DNA of 59,555 nt, counting the filler, from Globobulimina sp. (taxonomy: Eukaryota), in the NCBI GenBank assembly GCA_003354225.1. It is 10 parts of 10 records of this genome, joined end to end, with 100 filler letters (N's around TTAATTAATTAA, not from the genome) between each part and the next. Parts side by side here need not be neighbours in the genome. Positions count along the whole stretch, not along the records: positions 35,847 to 41,706 come from PIVH01000418.1; positions 41,807 to 47,659 come from PIVH01000419.1; 8 more parts are not named here. The stretch is one strand, 5' to 3'. The position numbers were made by a program, and so were the translations under genes. Below the pieces are notes generated by a model. The model made no database searches, was not told the origin of the DNA, and was given only the letters and a program-made list of their open reading frames with translations. Of this stretch, positions 35,747 through 47,659 are shown one piece after another. Each line of letters opens with the position of its first letter. Positions within the stretch are counted from its first letter, which is position 1.

Positions 35747-35846
35747 NNNNNNNNNNNNNNNNNNNNNNNNNNNNNNNNNNNNNNNNNNNNTTAATTAATT
35801 AANNNNNNNNNNNNNNNNNNNNNNNNNNNNNNNNNNNNNNNNNNNN

Positions 35847-36629
35847 AACACCATTATCATTGGACAGATTTCCATTGTTTTGTTTACGTTCATCCACTTC
35901 ATCGGCAACAATTGTATCGATATCATTGCCCTCCGCCGTCTCATAAACATAATACTCATAGCCATCATCAGTGCCATTATCACTTACGTAGGAGGACGAA
36001 GATGGTTTATCATGATTCCCTTCCGTATGATTGCTGTCTGATGCTGGTATTGCTTTTGCTTTTGCTTTGGGCAAAGGTGGAGGTGGCGGAGGTGGTGATA
36101 ATGGTGGTGGAGGAGGAGGGGGAGGCAATGACGGTGTTTGAGTTAATGTTATTGAAGTATTATAAAAATGTGGTATAAATTGAGGTGGTTGCTGTTGCAA
36201 GTATGGTGGTACCGGTTGTTGTATGTATGGTGCTTGAGAATGAGATTGAGAATTTTCATGCTTATGGTATATCATTTGTTGATTCATTTGCTGCATTGGT
36301 TGATGTATGAGTTGTTGCATTTGTTGGTGTATTTGGTGATTCATTTGCTGAATTTGTTGCATTTGTTGTTGATATAATTGTGGCGGTTGTTGTGGATAAA
36401 ATTTCGGTGGTGCTTGTGGTTGATTATAAGTATAGTATGGATAGGTTTGTTGGTTAATTTGTGGATTTTGTGGTGTTTGACCTTTTGTATGTTGATTGCT
36501 TTCGTTTTGGGTATTTGATGCTGTTGGAATTGATCCAATGGACCACATTGAGTTTTGTTTTGAATGTTGCGCGCTTGCCGTTGGACTATTATATCCTCGG
36601 GAAGAATATGAACGAGGTTGACGAGCCAT
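35847..36629 (-). CDS. Gln/Pro-rich low-complexity protein, 5' fragment
   Basis: MARQPRSY... with poly-Q/P tracts. Open to the contig end. Confidence 0.55.
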
Positions 36630-36791
36630 GGTATTGTGCTCGAGAAAAACTTTGGTGACAAAAAGCAAAAATGATTCCCTTCTTATTGGATATAATGTCA
36701 CCGATGAGAGCTGCCACAAAGTGCATGCACAAACTGTCCATGATTTACAAAACAAAGTCATAACAATATCAAATATATTCTACTGACACGG

Positions 36792-38810
36792 TTACACCCC
36801 AACATCAACAACAATATCAAAGGGCAATTTTGTGTATCTTTTGCAATAATTATCCCAGCCATTTTGATATATTTGAATACCAAACAAAGAATAAAACATT
36901 TCCGGATGTAAGTCTAATGAGTGAATTTTATCCCATAAATCCGGTGGAAATAAAACATGTTTAAACTTAGTTTTTTTGTTTAAAGTTCCATATTGTTTCA
37001 TTTCGAAGCAATATCTATTCAAAAATTGGTATTTTTTATGATACTGCGGCAAAAAAGACGGCCTTCCATATTCTATCCTTAATCGATCAAATTCCTTTTT
37101 TATTTTTCTATCGTTTGTATTCATATCATTCTCTTTCAAATGATTGAATCCATTCACTTCCAATTGCTTACTCCATAATATTGACTCACAAAACAAGGAA
37201 GAAGCCATTGTCCAAATATTGTCCAACCAACTCGACGACTTTGTATGTACCACATATTTTGAATTCATTTGTAACATCATCGAGGAAAACGCGCCAACCA
37301 CAACATCGTGTTCTAAATCAATACCAATATCATCATCAAACTCAAATTTGTCATCATTATTTTCTTGAAAAACCCGAAAATTTGCATTGCCAATCGATGG
37401 TTTTGTATCCTCATCATTGACAATAAAATTCCATTTAAAATCCAAATAATTGCCCAATACATGCATCTTTGTAGTATTTTCACAATGTTTCTGATACTGC
37501 ATACATTGAATCAACTTCTCCACAAAATCAAAATCTTCCGACGTAAATATGATTGTATCGATATGTTGATTTAGCACATGAATGGCTTGAATCACTAAAA
37601 ATATCTCCTCTTTGCTCCAGCATTGCATTTCCCCATTCAGTCCCAACTTATTTTTATGACATTTATCTGAAGCACGAATTGGAAACGATATCGATTTATA
37701 TGGATCAAAATGATAATCAGATAATGATTTAATAAAAGCGTTTCTCACCTTTTCCATGATAATTGTTCGAACGTTGGGCTTTAATCTAAACACAAACGCT
37801 TGTAACACTGCTTTAAATTCAACAAAATTACTAAATATATTCCCCTGTGAATGCATCCATTCATTAATAATTTTGTTTGTTGGCATCCATCCGCTCGATC
37901 TAGAAACGCTATAAATTATGCGTTCGGTGCACTCATTATCCGCATCTCCGAGAGTACAATGTGTGGGCACGCTGCCTGTCCAAATATCAGCTTTTGTTGC
38001 TTTTTCAAGTAAGTTATCTGGATCGCAGTTGGATGGCGGTAAGAAATAACATTCCATTCCAATGTATGTTGAGCAATATTGTGCATGTTTGGACCATCCA
38101 AATACTCCGTTAATCAAAAATATGCGATTACTGACCATGGCACGAAAAAAGTATTTCAGAATACCACCATTGAATTGTGCACCAATTCCGGTTCCCGACA
38201 TTTGGGATATATCAAATATTACAAATTTATGCTTTGGATCGTCGCAATCGGAGACAAATTGAGTGTTGTATATGAATTTCAATAATCTTTCGCCAGCGTT
38301 GCTAATCCCACTGTTGTCAATGTGCAATGATTGTGAATAACGAATGGGACAAAATAATTGTTCATTCAAATGAATCCATGAGATGGGATGTGTGTTGTTG
38401 CTTACTTTAGTATAATATGATAATAACTCATCAAATTGTGTTTGGTTTGTTAATAGATTGTTAAGTTGTGTGTTATTGGATGGATTGGATGGATTGGATG
38501 GATTTGAAAAGGATTGGAGCTCTAGTTTGTGGTAGATTGCTTGGCTGGATATGGGTTGTTGTGGTAACCAATATAGTTTTATGAATTCAATGTCAAAAAA
38601 AAATGATGATGTTAGAAGGATGAGAATGATGAACAGTATGGATCTATCTATTGCAAACATGCATTTTTGGGAATTATAAAAGAACAAATTGTTTTAGCAT
38701 TGTAGATACCTTAGTCCTCCTGATGGACACTTATACTTTGAGCGATTAGAATTACGAATTGGTCGTTCTATTAAAGTGGACCTCAGATGTGTTGTGAGTG
38801 TGCGTGACAT
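36792..38810 (-). CDS. type II membrane glycosyltransferase, GT23 (alpha-1,6-fucosyltransferase FUT8/NodZ)-like
   Basis: N-terminal TM helix, GIGAQ...AMVSNRIF..W...ECYFLPPSNC, PIRASDK (cf. HVRRTDK), IFTSED, SSSW. Probable first exon from the ATG at 38810, with an intron at about 38709-38645. Confidence 0.6.
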
Positions 38811-39588
38811 TGTGCTGTTTATCTTGTTTTTTTCTTAACTAACAGGGTAGCACTAAAGTTATGTCTGCAATGTGTGACTGTGCAATGTTGACTGTGTTGC
38901 CTGATGACTAGTTGGGATAATAAGTGTTTTAACACTCACCGATTATCCTTGCACCTTTTAGTTATGAATAATTCAAAACAATTAATACATTACATCCAGA
39001 ACCAGAATATCATCCGATCAAAATGGTTTCTTATACAATAGTTAATAGTTTAAATGCAAAACAAATAATTAGTATTTTGGAGGCGGGTGTTGTATTGGCA
39101 ATAAATTAAATCTTTTTTTGAATGTTATTCTTTGTTTTGAATACTTATCAAATGGATTAAAACGTGCTGAGTGCCCTGATCTAGTTGCTTTGCCGTCAGG
39201 TGATTTATTCTTTGCATTTGTTTTTATTTTTGTCTCTGTTATTAAATCAATTGACGTATGGAATGCAATAATTAACTTTTAGTGTATAAACACGATCTCC
39301 ATTTTCATTCAAATAATATTTTAGCATCCAATGAGAACTCATGGTTGATTGATGTTACGTACGTTTGTCTTTATTGACGTAAAAAAATTACACAAATTGA
39401 GCTGATTTGAGCACTGTATATTCTCAGATAAAACTTGAGTAAATTTTCTTTTCTTTTCACATCTTTTTCGCAATTTTTCATGTCTTCTTGACTTTTTGTG
39501 TTTTGTCCATAAACATCAAGATCACACACAAACCCATCAAGATCACATTTCATTCCGTAAATAGTAAATCAAACCGACTCGATCTCCA

Positions 39589-41706
39589 ATGTCTGCGCAA
39601 CCAAGAAAGGAACCTAAACACGTTCCACACATCAACATTACAGAAATCCACAATCACAAGAAAATAGCCTCTGCTCTCCACGCCTTCAACTCCATAGTTT
39701 TAGACGAGAAATTACGATGGTATTCAGAAGAACTGTCGCGAGGCTATTTTAGCACTCCCGCTGAATATGCCAGCTATATGAAAATTGTCCACAACAAACC
39801 CATGGATTTTACCACCATCAAGGTCCCTTTCTTATTTTTTTTATCCTTACACCCAAACTTGAGCAAAACAAATAAAACAGAAAAAAATCTACAAGCATCG
39901 CTACAATGACAGTAACACTTTATTCTCTGACATGGAATTAGTATTTAAAAATGCAATGGCATTCAATACCAAAGGCGATACGTGGTACGATGAAGCGCAC
40001 CGATTACATAAACTCGTCTTATTATTGAAAAATAAGAAAGTAATCAAGCTCGACAAAACCCCCTGGTTTTACAACGACCCACACGGTCGGCTATGCCCGC
40101 AATGTAATAATATTTTATTACCCAGCAAAACCATCCAACCTCGCCGTTGTGGCGATTGCTCGGCAAATATCCGCGGCGAACGCATGGATTGTTTCATCTG
40201 CCATAACCACACTGATTCGACGCATGCGTTTTGTAGCAAATGTGTCAAAAAATGGTGCACCATTTGCGAGCATTGGCACGTTGGCAATAAATGTAAGAAA
40301 GCACATACAAAAAAGAACAAAAAAACAAATACAAATAACAAAAACAGAAAAGCAAACAACCACAGTAACAACGGCCATGCTCCCGAATGGGGAGTGACCA
40401 AAATCAGCCTGCAAGTCCCGGCAAAGCCGCATGGCATTGCTGCGGTGGATAAGTTTGAGCGAATTATCATGAAAAAGAATGATACGTTAAAAGCCCGAAT
40501 AGAAACTATTATTAAACAGATCAAATCGCATGATATCGAATCTCATTTTTTCAAGGAAGTGCAAATTGACGGCTATTCTGCGACGGTGACCAATCCCATC
40601 CATTTTGGCGAGATTTTACAGCGGATGAATGGCAATAAATATGCTACCATGGGACATATATTGCGCGATATTAAGTTATTATGGAGCAATTGCTATAAAT
40701 TTAATGGTAATCCCGATCCTAATAAAGGTCCTACGTTATTTAGTAATTTTGCCTATGATTTGCAATGGGCGATGCAGGAATATATTAAGCAATTTGAACA
40801 TAATTTGATTAAACAAGGCTGGATTGATGCCAATGTGTCAAAATCCACGGCGGCGAAGGAGGAAAAACACAGAAAAAAACATAAACATTCGAAGAAATCC
40901 AAACATAGAAAAAAGTTTAGTTATTTTGTCTTATTTGTTCTGACTCATTGAGTAGTTTTTTTTTCCATTTTTTTTAGTGATGATAATAACCGCATTGCTC
41001 CACTTAATAAAATAAATAAATTTGAGAATAAAAGTAAAAGTAAAACGAAAAAAAAAAATAAAAAAAGTGTTTTAATTCCTAAAAAAAGACGTAACAATGC
41101 TTCCATGCTACCCACTAAAAAGAAGAAGCAACTTAAACATAATGAGAGTGCAACCACAGATACAAAAAGCACCAAAAAACACATAAAATCCAATAAAAAC
41201 ATCATAAACAACAAACCTGAGCATACTGCGGTTATTGCACCAAACGCTTCCACAACATTTAATAATAACGCTTCAAATGTAATAAATGTAATAAATAATA
41301 AAAATAATAAAAAAATAATAAACGACGATGACAGCGATTCTTCCGTCTTCAGCATCAATAATGACTTAGTCAGTTATGCTAAAGCCGTCGATGTTGCAGT
41401 CTTATTGGAAAAAAACAAACAATTTTTTGAAATGCCCTCGACCGACACCACGCAATCCACAATCAGTGACAATTCCAAATCGAAAAAGAAACGGAACCGT
41501 GCATCCAATGATTATTTCTCCTCCAACAGCGACGATCAGATGGATAATTTTGACATGAATCATTCGAGAAAAAAGGCAAAATTATCCGCATCGCCAGCCA
41601 TTGATATTGTGTCTGTGTCCTCCACGGAGAAGAATAACAATATAGTCATTCCTGCAAAAGTAATGAATATAAATAACCAAATTATACCACAAAAACGACC
41701 CTCGCA
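39589..41706 (+). CDS. double-bromodomain protein with an intervening Cys/His-rich zinc-binding region (3' end off-contig)
   Basis: YMKIVHNKPMDFTTIK|KNL...DMELVFKNAMAFN and YSATVTNPIHFGEI...DIKLLWSNCYKFN. CPQC/CGDC/CFIC/CSKC/CTIC lie between them. Introns near 39823-39880 and 40920-40977. Confidence 0.85.
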
Positions 41707-41912
41707 NNNNNNNNNNNNNNNNNNNNNNNNNNNNNNNNNNNNNNNNNNNNTTAATTAATTAANNNNNNNNNNNNNNNNNNNNNNNNNNNNNNNNNNNNNN
41801 NNNNNNAAAAAAGAGAACGCCAAAATATTTCGAAAACGAACACACCAAAATATTTCGAGAAAGTGCGCGAACGACAAGAGAGGAAAAAGAAAAAGGAATA
41901 ACATTAAAGCTT

Positions 41913-42272
41913 TTGCATGATTATGAATCTGATGTTATATTTGAGATAGATTCCGATGATAAAAAAATTAAATATAATTATAATATCGAAAAGATTGGCT
42001 TTAAAAATGGAACAGTAAAAGATGTATCGATATATTTAGGGGGAGAGCATGAATGGATATTGTTAAGAAATATTAAGAATATTAGAAAAAGTGAATTTGT
42101 CAAATATTATTCGATTGATGATAATATTTCAATTCAGAAGAAGGTAGAAAGTAAAATGAACAAAATAAAAATACAAATTTTAAGGAGTTATAATGGTACT
42201 AAACAGGAAGAAACCACATATTATTTCAAAATATTTAGCCTGGCAACTTTTTCATATGGAAATGAACGCTAA
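41913..42272 (+). CDS. hypothetical protein fragment
   Basis: Short ORF convergent with the next gene. No recognisable domain. Confidence 0.3.
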   Translation: MHDYESDVIFEIDSDDKKIKYNYNIEKIGFKNGTVKDVSIYLGGEHEWILLRNIKNIRKSEFVKYYSIDDNISIQKKVESKMNKIKIQILRSYNGTKQEETTYYFKIFSLATFSYGNER

Positions 42273-42364
42273 ACAACGACTATAATAACGTTTTTGTAAG
42301 TATAAAATAATAAAAAAAGTTTTTTGACAAGCTGCAGATTATTGGTTTTTTTGTAATGTTAGTT

Positions 42365-45300
42365 TCAATACGATTTGATTCCTGGCTTTGTTTCGTCATT
42401 TGTAGGTGTACAAACTCTATACAGTGCTCCCCTGATCACTGCTAAATGTGGTTGTCTTGGAGAGTAAAATACTTTGTTTGGAAAGTCTTTCTTCAATCTG
42501 GAAATCAAATACTGACTTCTTGCAAATCCGCCAGTCACTAAAATGCTATCACAATCAATACATGCTGTCTCATTCAATACGTTTTGCAAAAATGATGTTA
42601 TTTTATCCAATATTTCTTGATGTAAAAATAACCAGCCATTTTTATTTATTTTTAAAACAGCTCTGCCCAATTTAAACGCACTCATTTCCTTCTCTTTATT
42701 TTCAATATTTGCTACTTGATATCCTTCAATTTTCTTTTTAATTTCTTTATACATTGGATCGTTTCTTCTCTTTTTCTTTAGCTTTACTAAGCTTCGTTGA
42801 ATTGCATAACAAAACGGTACATTCCAATATTCGCTTTCCAATTTTAATGGCAAACTCATTTTTGACATCTCAAATTCTTTTCGTTGCTTAATCCATTGCA
42901 TTGGTTGCCGCTCTCTAATATGTTCAATAATATTTGATGGGATAAGATCAGTTAATAACGACATAAATTTATCTCCAATTGCTAATGATCCATGCAACAT
43001 TCCATCACAATATGTCGTTGGTGAAACGAAATTATTCTCAATATCCACAACAGCGGCATCCACAGTACAAGCCCCGCAATCCAACACTAACAATTCTTGC
43101 CGCTTAATTCCCGACTCATTTTTTGCGAAATAGCATGCTGCAGCAACAGCTTCTGATATTATTTCAAAATGTTTCATTCCAGCAGCTTCCATCGCTTTTT
43201 TCATTATTTGAACACTACTTCGATTCCGTATGATTAGTACAGGTGCTGTTACCACCCAATATATCCTATCTTTACCAATATCATCAATACCCGCTAATTT
43301 ATTGAATGAATTAATAAAACGCAATGAATGTTGAATAATACATTCGAATGACTTAGTAATTAATACTGACAACGGCAACGATGATACACCATCGGATGCT
43401 TTAATTTCTATACCTCCTTTCAAATGATCTTTGCTGTATAAATATGGCTTAAAGTATTGGAAATACATATATTTATCCTGTTGTTTTTTTTCTTTTGCTT
43501 TGGCATATCTCTCTTCTGCAACATAACCAAAAGCCACTGCTTCTTTTGTTGTTTTGTCAATTAACAGAGCCGCGAGATTTTTTTGCAATTCAACAGAGGC
43601 TCTCGAATCGCTCCAATCTTGAACTATTCGCTGGTGATCTGGGGCATCAGCAAGACAAAATGCAGCAGAAAACCCAAACGATCCAAAATCTATTGCAACA
43701 ATTTGATCAACAGCCAATGTTTCAAGCTTAGAGAGTTTGCCGCCTTTTGGCCAGTGTTCCGCCAACAATTCATACACATTTAAATGATGATTATTTTTCG
43801 CAGCTGAAAGCGCGGAAAGTCCTTCAAAGTCCTTCAAAGTCATTTTGATTGACTGTTTAATCAATAATTTAACAATTTCAATATGTCCATATAAAGAAGC
43901 AATTAATAATGGTGTTCTGCCTTCAGTGGTCGTTGCAACGTTAACATTAATATGATCGGTTGATAACAATGTTGCTACAAATTTTGTGTTTCCTTCCTTA
44001 CACGCAACGTATAATGCGGTGGCACCATCTTCTTCTCTTTTTTCATTAACATCATAAGAGGGATATAAACGCAATAAGTTTAATAAAGCATCGTAATGTC
44101 CATATTGACATATTTCAATCAAATTGCATTGGTCGATGTTGGTTGAAATACATAATGTTTTGCATTGTTTTTGGGTCGTTGATATTTGCTTCATTCTTGA
44201 CTCCAACTTCAATAATTTGACACGATCGTTTTTTGTCTTATGATTAAATTTCTGTATTAATTGTTCAATTGTCATTGTGCTTTCATCTGGATCAAATATT
44301 AGAATTTGCCTTAAATTTTGTGATGTGACTTTAAATGATAATAATTGAGCTAAAATATCATCATTCAATACAACACTCAAAGTGCGTTGTTTTGTGTAAT
44401 TCTGCGATTCATTGTCGGTATCAGTATCAGTATCGGTGTCAGTTTTTACATCGTCAGTTTTTGCATCGTCAGGATTGCTTTGAATATAATTATAATATTT
44501 TATGGTGATAACATTACCGAATAACTTACATAATTTATCTATGTATAACCAGTTATTTTTATCACCAATGAAAAATGGTTTTACTTTCTTATACCCATAT
44601 TTTACGGATTTATGTCCATAGTTTTTATACTGGAATTTATTTTGATTCATCAGCCATAAATTTATATTTATCGCTTTTATTTGAACTGCAATGTTACCAA
44701 ATAACTGGTTCACATATTGTGGATATAAAGAATATTCTTTGTTTGCCATTGCTTCGTAATATTCAATAAATTTGCCACTCACAATATCCTTATTTATGAC
44801 CGCTTGATCATCCAATATGTTATTTAAAATATCCATTGCTTTGCACTCCCACACATAAGTCTGACCCAATGGAACATGCGTGATCGACTCTATTCGAAGT
44901 TGAATGTGAAGAAATAGTCTCTCGTCCTCCGCAGGAAAGTCACTCACAGCTCGACAGTCAAAAAACGAATAAAAATGAGGTGCGTCGTGCAATTTGTTCA
45001 GCTGTAATACCAATCCGTATCCATTAGAAAAAGTTACTGCCACTTGCATTCTCCCAGTGGTGCTTAGAGGGCCGTACATCCATCCGATGACAGAGCCAAA
45101 TACCATCGGTTTATTGATGCCGTGGTACACCACATTGCCAAATGTCTCATCCACCACATCGTCCCCAAATATATGTATAGCTTCATATAAATGTCTCGAC
45201 CAATGATGAAATGCGCTGTTTCTTGCAATCAATTCCTTATCCGATTCACCTGGCAATTTACGGAAAGTATCGCTGAATTTTGCAGATAATTCATCAAAAC

Positions 45301-46846
45301 AACAATAAAAACGCATCGATAATACTGCTTCAATGGTCATTGGCGCGCCTAGCATGATTCCGGTGTCTTGCTGTTTGACCTCATCACCAATCAGATAATA
45401 ACACTCCCGCTGTTTTCCATAATCTGAGTTCAAATAATCCTCCGCTTTTTTAACTTCATCGTCATATTCTTCTAACGGAACATCGACAAATTTATTTTCT
45501 AATATTTCCCTCTTCAAATCTTGATATTTTGGGGGTATATACCAACGATTCTCTTTATACCGAGTCCAATATTTATATTTATAGCCGAAACTATATTGAA
45601 TATTATTTTGAGCGCATACGTGTTCTCCAGCAGTTATTTGGTGTGTTTTTGCTGCTTTCTCTTCCTCATCGTTTGTATCGTTTTTATTGTCTGTTTGAAC
45701 CACTTGAGATACAAATTTATTGTTAGTAAATCTATCCAAACCGGCTATTTCCCTCAGTTTTGTTTTTTTTGTCCGTATGAGCTGCTGCAATTTTTGGAAG
45801 GTGGGGTCTGAATAATTCGTATGAATAACATCGCTCTGCAATTCGTAATTAGAATTCTCATCGCTTTTATTATCACTCAATCGATATATCATTTCTTTCT
45901 CTTTTTCCGTCAAACGATAATTTAAATCGAATGAATGGAATAAATAGCAATGGATAACATCAATTTGTTTATGCAAATAAACTACATTTTCATCATCAGC
46001 GTCATATATCTTATTTCTTTTCGAGTCTCTTCTGTCTCTGAAATTTCTTAGCAACGGCTTACAATCTCTTAAATTATTACATTTAACATAATTATGGCAG
46101 AAATAATCAATAATTTGCTGCAATTCATCATGATGTTTGAACAGAATATGATGATAATCATTGTATAGCAATTCTGCACCATAGTTTATGGCATCATCTT
46201 CAAAGTATTTATCAATCAAATTATTATTTATTTTATATTCACTCAAAATTGCACCGACGCGGTTTATGGAGTAACAACTTTTGCAGATACCATCGCATTC
46301 AGTCACGCTTGAATTTGAACCGAACCATTGTTGGATATTATTTTCATTTTTCTTTTCATCGCTGAGCTGAATGATATTTTCCGTCTCATTCTCATCATCG
46401 CCAATTGCAATGATTGGTTTTCGTTCAATTGATTGTGTTAAAAGATTGGTTAACTTTTGTCTGTATTTATCATTTTCTGTTCTCAGTTGAAGTATGATGG
46501 TTTTTTGTTCATTAAACTCTTTTTTTAATTTATTGTGTGCAAATTGTAATTGTTCAAATTTGACTTTATAATCAATATCTGTTTCTTTGTGGACATGTAT
46601 TTGTGGGCTTTTTTGTTCAGTAATATCGGTTTTGGGTTTATGAGATTCTAAAAATTCTATGGCGTCTGCAACGTTGGAATGTAGTTGTGCTGCCTTGAAA
46701 GACAATGATTCGTCGAAACCCATTGCCATCAATTTTTCGTAGCATTGTAATTGTTTGAAAAATACGTCGTCATTTGGCTGCTGTACCGGGTGTTGATGCC
46801 GCTTGGTGGCCACCCTCCCGACTGCAGCATGTTGCGCTGCACCCAT
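42365..46846 (-). CDS. UBA - coiled coil - ADP-ribosyltransferase-like - ankyrin repeats - HSPA12-type Hsp70 fusion protein
   Basis: Intronless. UBA: EKLMAMGFDESLSFKAAQLHSNVADAIEFL. ART: VYHGI...GPLSTT...VAVTFS...SDFPAEDERLF. ANK: GATALYVACKEGN, GRTPLLIASLYGH. Hsp70-like: VAIDFGSFG, WVVTAP, SEAVAAA, LVLDCGACTVD, LVTGGFARSQYL. Confidence 0.85.
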   Translation of the reverse strand: MGAAQHAAVGRVATKRHQHPVQQPNDDVFFKQLQCYEKLMAMGFDESLSFKAAQLHSNVADAIEFLESHKPKTDITEQKSPQIHVHKETDIDYKVKFEQLQFAHNKLKKEFNEQKTIILQLRTENDKYRQKLTNLLTQSIERKPIIAIGDDENETENIIQLSDEKKNENNIQQWFGSNSSVTECDGICKSCYSINRVGAILSEYKINNNLIDKYFEDDAINYGAELLYNDYHHILFKHHDELQQIIDYFCHNYVKCNNLRDCKPLLRNFRDRRDSKRNKIYDADDENVVYLHKQIDVIHCYLFHSFDLNYRLTEKEKEMIYRLSDNKSDENSNYELQSDVIHTNYSDPTFQKLQQLIRTKKTKLREIAGLDRFTNNKFVSQVVQTDNKNDTNDEEEKAAKTHQITAGEHVCAQNNIQYSFGYKYKYWTRYKENRWYIPPKYQDLKREILENKFVDVPLEEYDDEVKKAEDYLNSDYGKQRECYYLIGDEVKQQDTGIMLGAPMTIEAVLSMRFYCCFDELSAKFSDTFRKLPGESDKELIARNSAFHHWSRHLYEAIHIFGDDVVDETFGNVVYHGINKPMVFGSVIGWMYGPLSTTGRMQVAVTFSNGYGLVLQLNKLHDAPHFYSFFDCRAVSDFPAEDERLFLHIQLRIESITHVPLGQTYVWECKAMDILNNILDDQAVINKDIVSGKFIEYYEAMANKEYSLYPQYVNQLFGNIAVQIKAININLWLMNQNKFQYKNYGHKSVKYGYKKVKPFFIGDKNNWLYIDKLCKLFGNVITIKYYNYIQSNPDDAKTDDVKTDTDTDTDTDNESQNYTKQRTLSVVLNDDILAQLLSFKVTSQNLRQILIFDPDESTMTIEQLIQKFNHKTKNDRVKLLKLESRMKQISTTQKQCKTLCISTNIDQCNLIEICQYGHYDALLNLLRLYPSYDVNEKREEDGATALYVACKEGNTKFVATLLSTDHINVNVATTTEGRTPLLIASLYGHIEIVKLLIKQSIKMTLKDFEGLSALSAAKNNHHLNVYELLAEHWPKGGKLSKLETLAVDQIVAIDFGSFGFSAAFCLADAPDHQRIVQDWSDSRASVELQKNLAALLIDKTTKEAVAFGYVAEERYAKAKEKKQQDKYMYFQYFKPYLYSKDHLKGGIEIKASDGVSSLPLSVLITKSFECIIQHSLRFINSFNKLAGIDDIGKDRIYWVVTAPVLIIRNRSSVQIMKKAMEAAGMKHFEIISEAVAAACYFAKNESGIKRQELLVLDCGACTVDAAVVDIENNFVSPTTYCDGMLHGSLAIGDKFMSLLTDLIPSNIIEHIRERQPMQWIKQRKEFEMSKMSLPLKLESEYWNVPFCYAIQRSLVKLKKKRRNDPMYKEIKKKIEGYQVANIENKEKEMSAFKLGRAVLKINKNGWLFLHQEILDKITSFLQNVLNETACIDCDSILVTGGFARSQYLISRLKKDFPNKVFYSPRQPHLAVIRGALYRVCTPTNDETKPGIKSY

Positions 46847-46974
46847 TGAGTTAGTGAGTTTTTTTGCAACACAAATACTGACATATATGTTTGATAACCA
46901 GCCCCTTTGCAAATGTACAGTAGCTTGAAAACGAAGTCACTCCATCTAACACACCAACTAAATAAGCAAACATC

Positions 46975-47172
46975 ATGTCAATCCCAACTGACATTGATGA
47001 GTTAAAACGGCGCATGAAATTAATGGGTGTCTCAGATGAAGATCTTGACAAATTTCAGGACGAAGTGGATGATGAAGGTTATGACATTGAATCCATCGAA
47101 GAAGACATATCAGATCGAGAACAATCTCTGTTGCTTGATTTTTTTCATATCGCTCATTTTCTTATTTTATGA
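46975..47172 (+). CDS. short acidic ORF, possibly a first exon or gene relic
   Basis: MSIPTDIDELKRRMKLMGVSDEDLDKFQDEVDDEGYDIESIEEDI looks protein-like. Confidence 0.35.
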   Translation: MSIPTDIDELKRRMKLMGVSDEDLDKFQDEVDDEGYDIESIEEDISDREQSLLLDFFHIAHFLIL

Positions 47173-47411
47173 AATCCCATATCCATTCCTCCAGTCATTG
47201 ATATTATTTGTGAGTGATATGAATGCGTATAATGCAATTTTCGTTTTTGAGGTACTTTTTTTACAGTCGATATCTCTCAAAAACAAAAAATGCAGATTTT
47301 AAGATCCATTAATAAACTCATGATCAGCACAAAATAATTAATTAAAACACTTTGGTTCACAGCATTTCATTTTTTAATTTGTACAGAAATCGCGAGGATT
47401 TTCTTTTTAAA

Positions 47412-47659
47412 ATGGGAAACAAAGAAACAATGAGAAAAGCCAAAGCCACAGTGACTAAAACAGAGAAGTTTGATTTTCAAATATTTAAAACAAACAGAAC
47501 TGAATGTAATTGCAGTGAATACGACGAGGAAATCATCAAAAATTGCGATCATTTATTACGGATAGCATACGGCTTACGATATTACCAATTATTATGTGGT
47601 AAAAACTCGAACTCGAACTCAGAAGCAATATTTAGCGAATATAATTTTGTAGCAATGCA
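47412..47659 (+). CDS. 5' fragment of a protein possibly related to the N-terminal region of the ART-fusion protein
   Basis: MGNK... with TECNC...CDHLLRIAYGLRYY, loosely similar to TECDGICKSCYSINRVGAILSEY in the 42365-46846 protein. Confidence 0.4.

Noticed and set aside
18004-38700. Stop-codon reassignment suggested by in-frame TAA/TGA at 18004, 22202 and about 38695
   Set aside because: TAA, TAG and TGA all terminate well-conserved genes here. The ~38695 case lies inside a plausible intron and the others are isolated.
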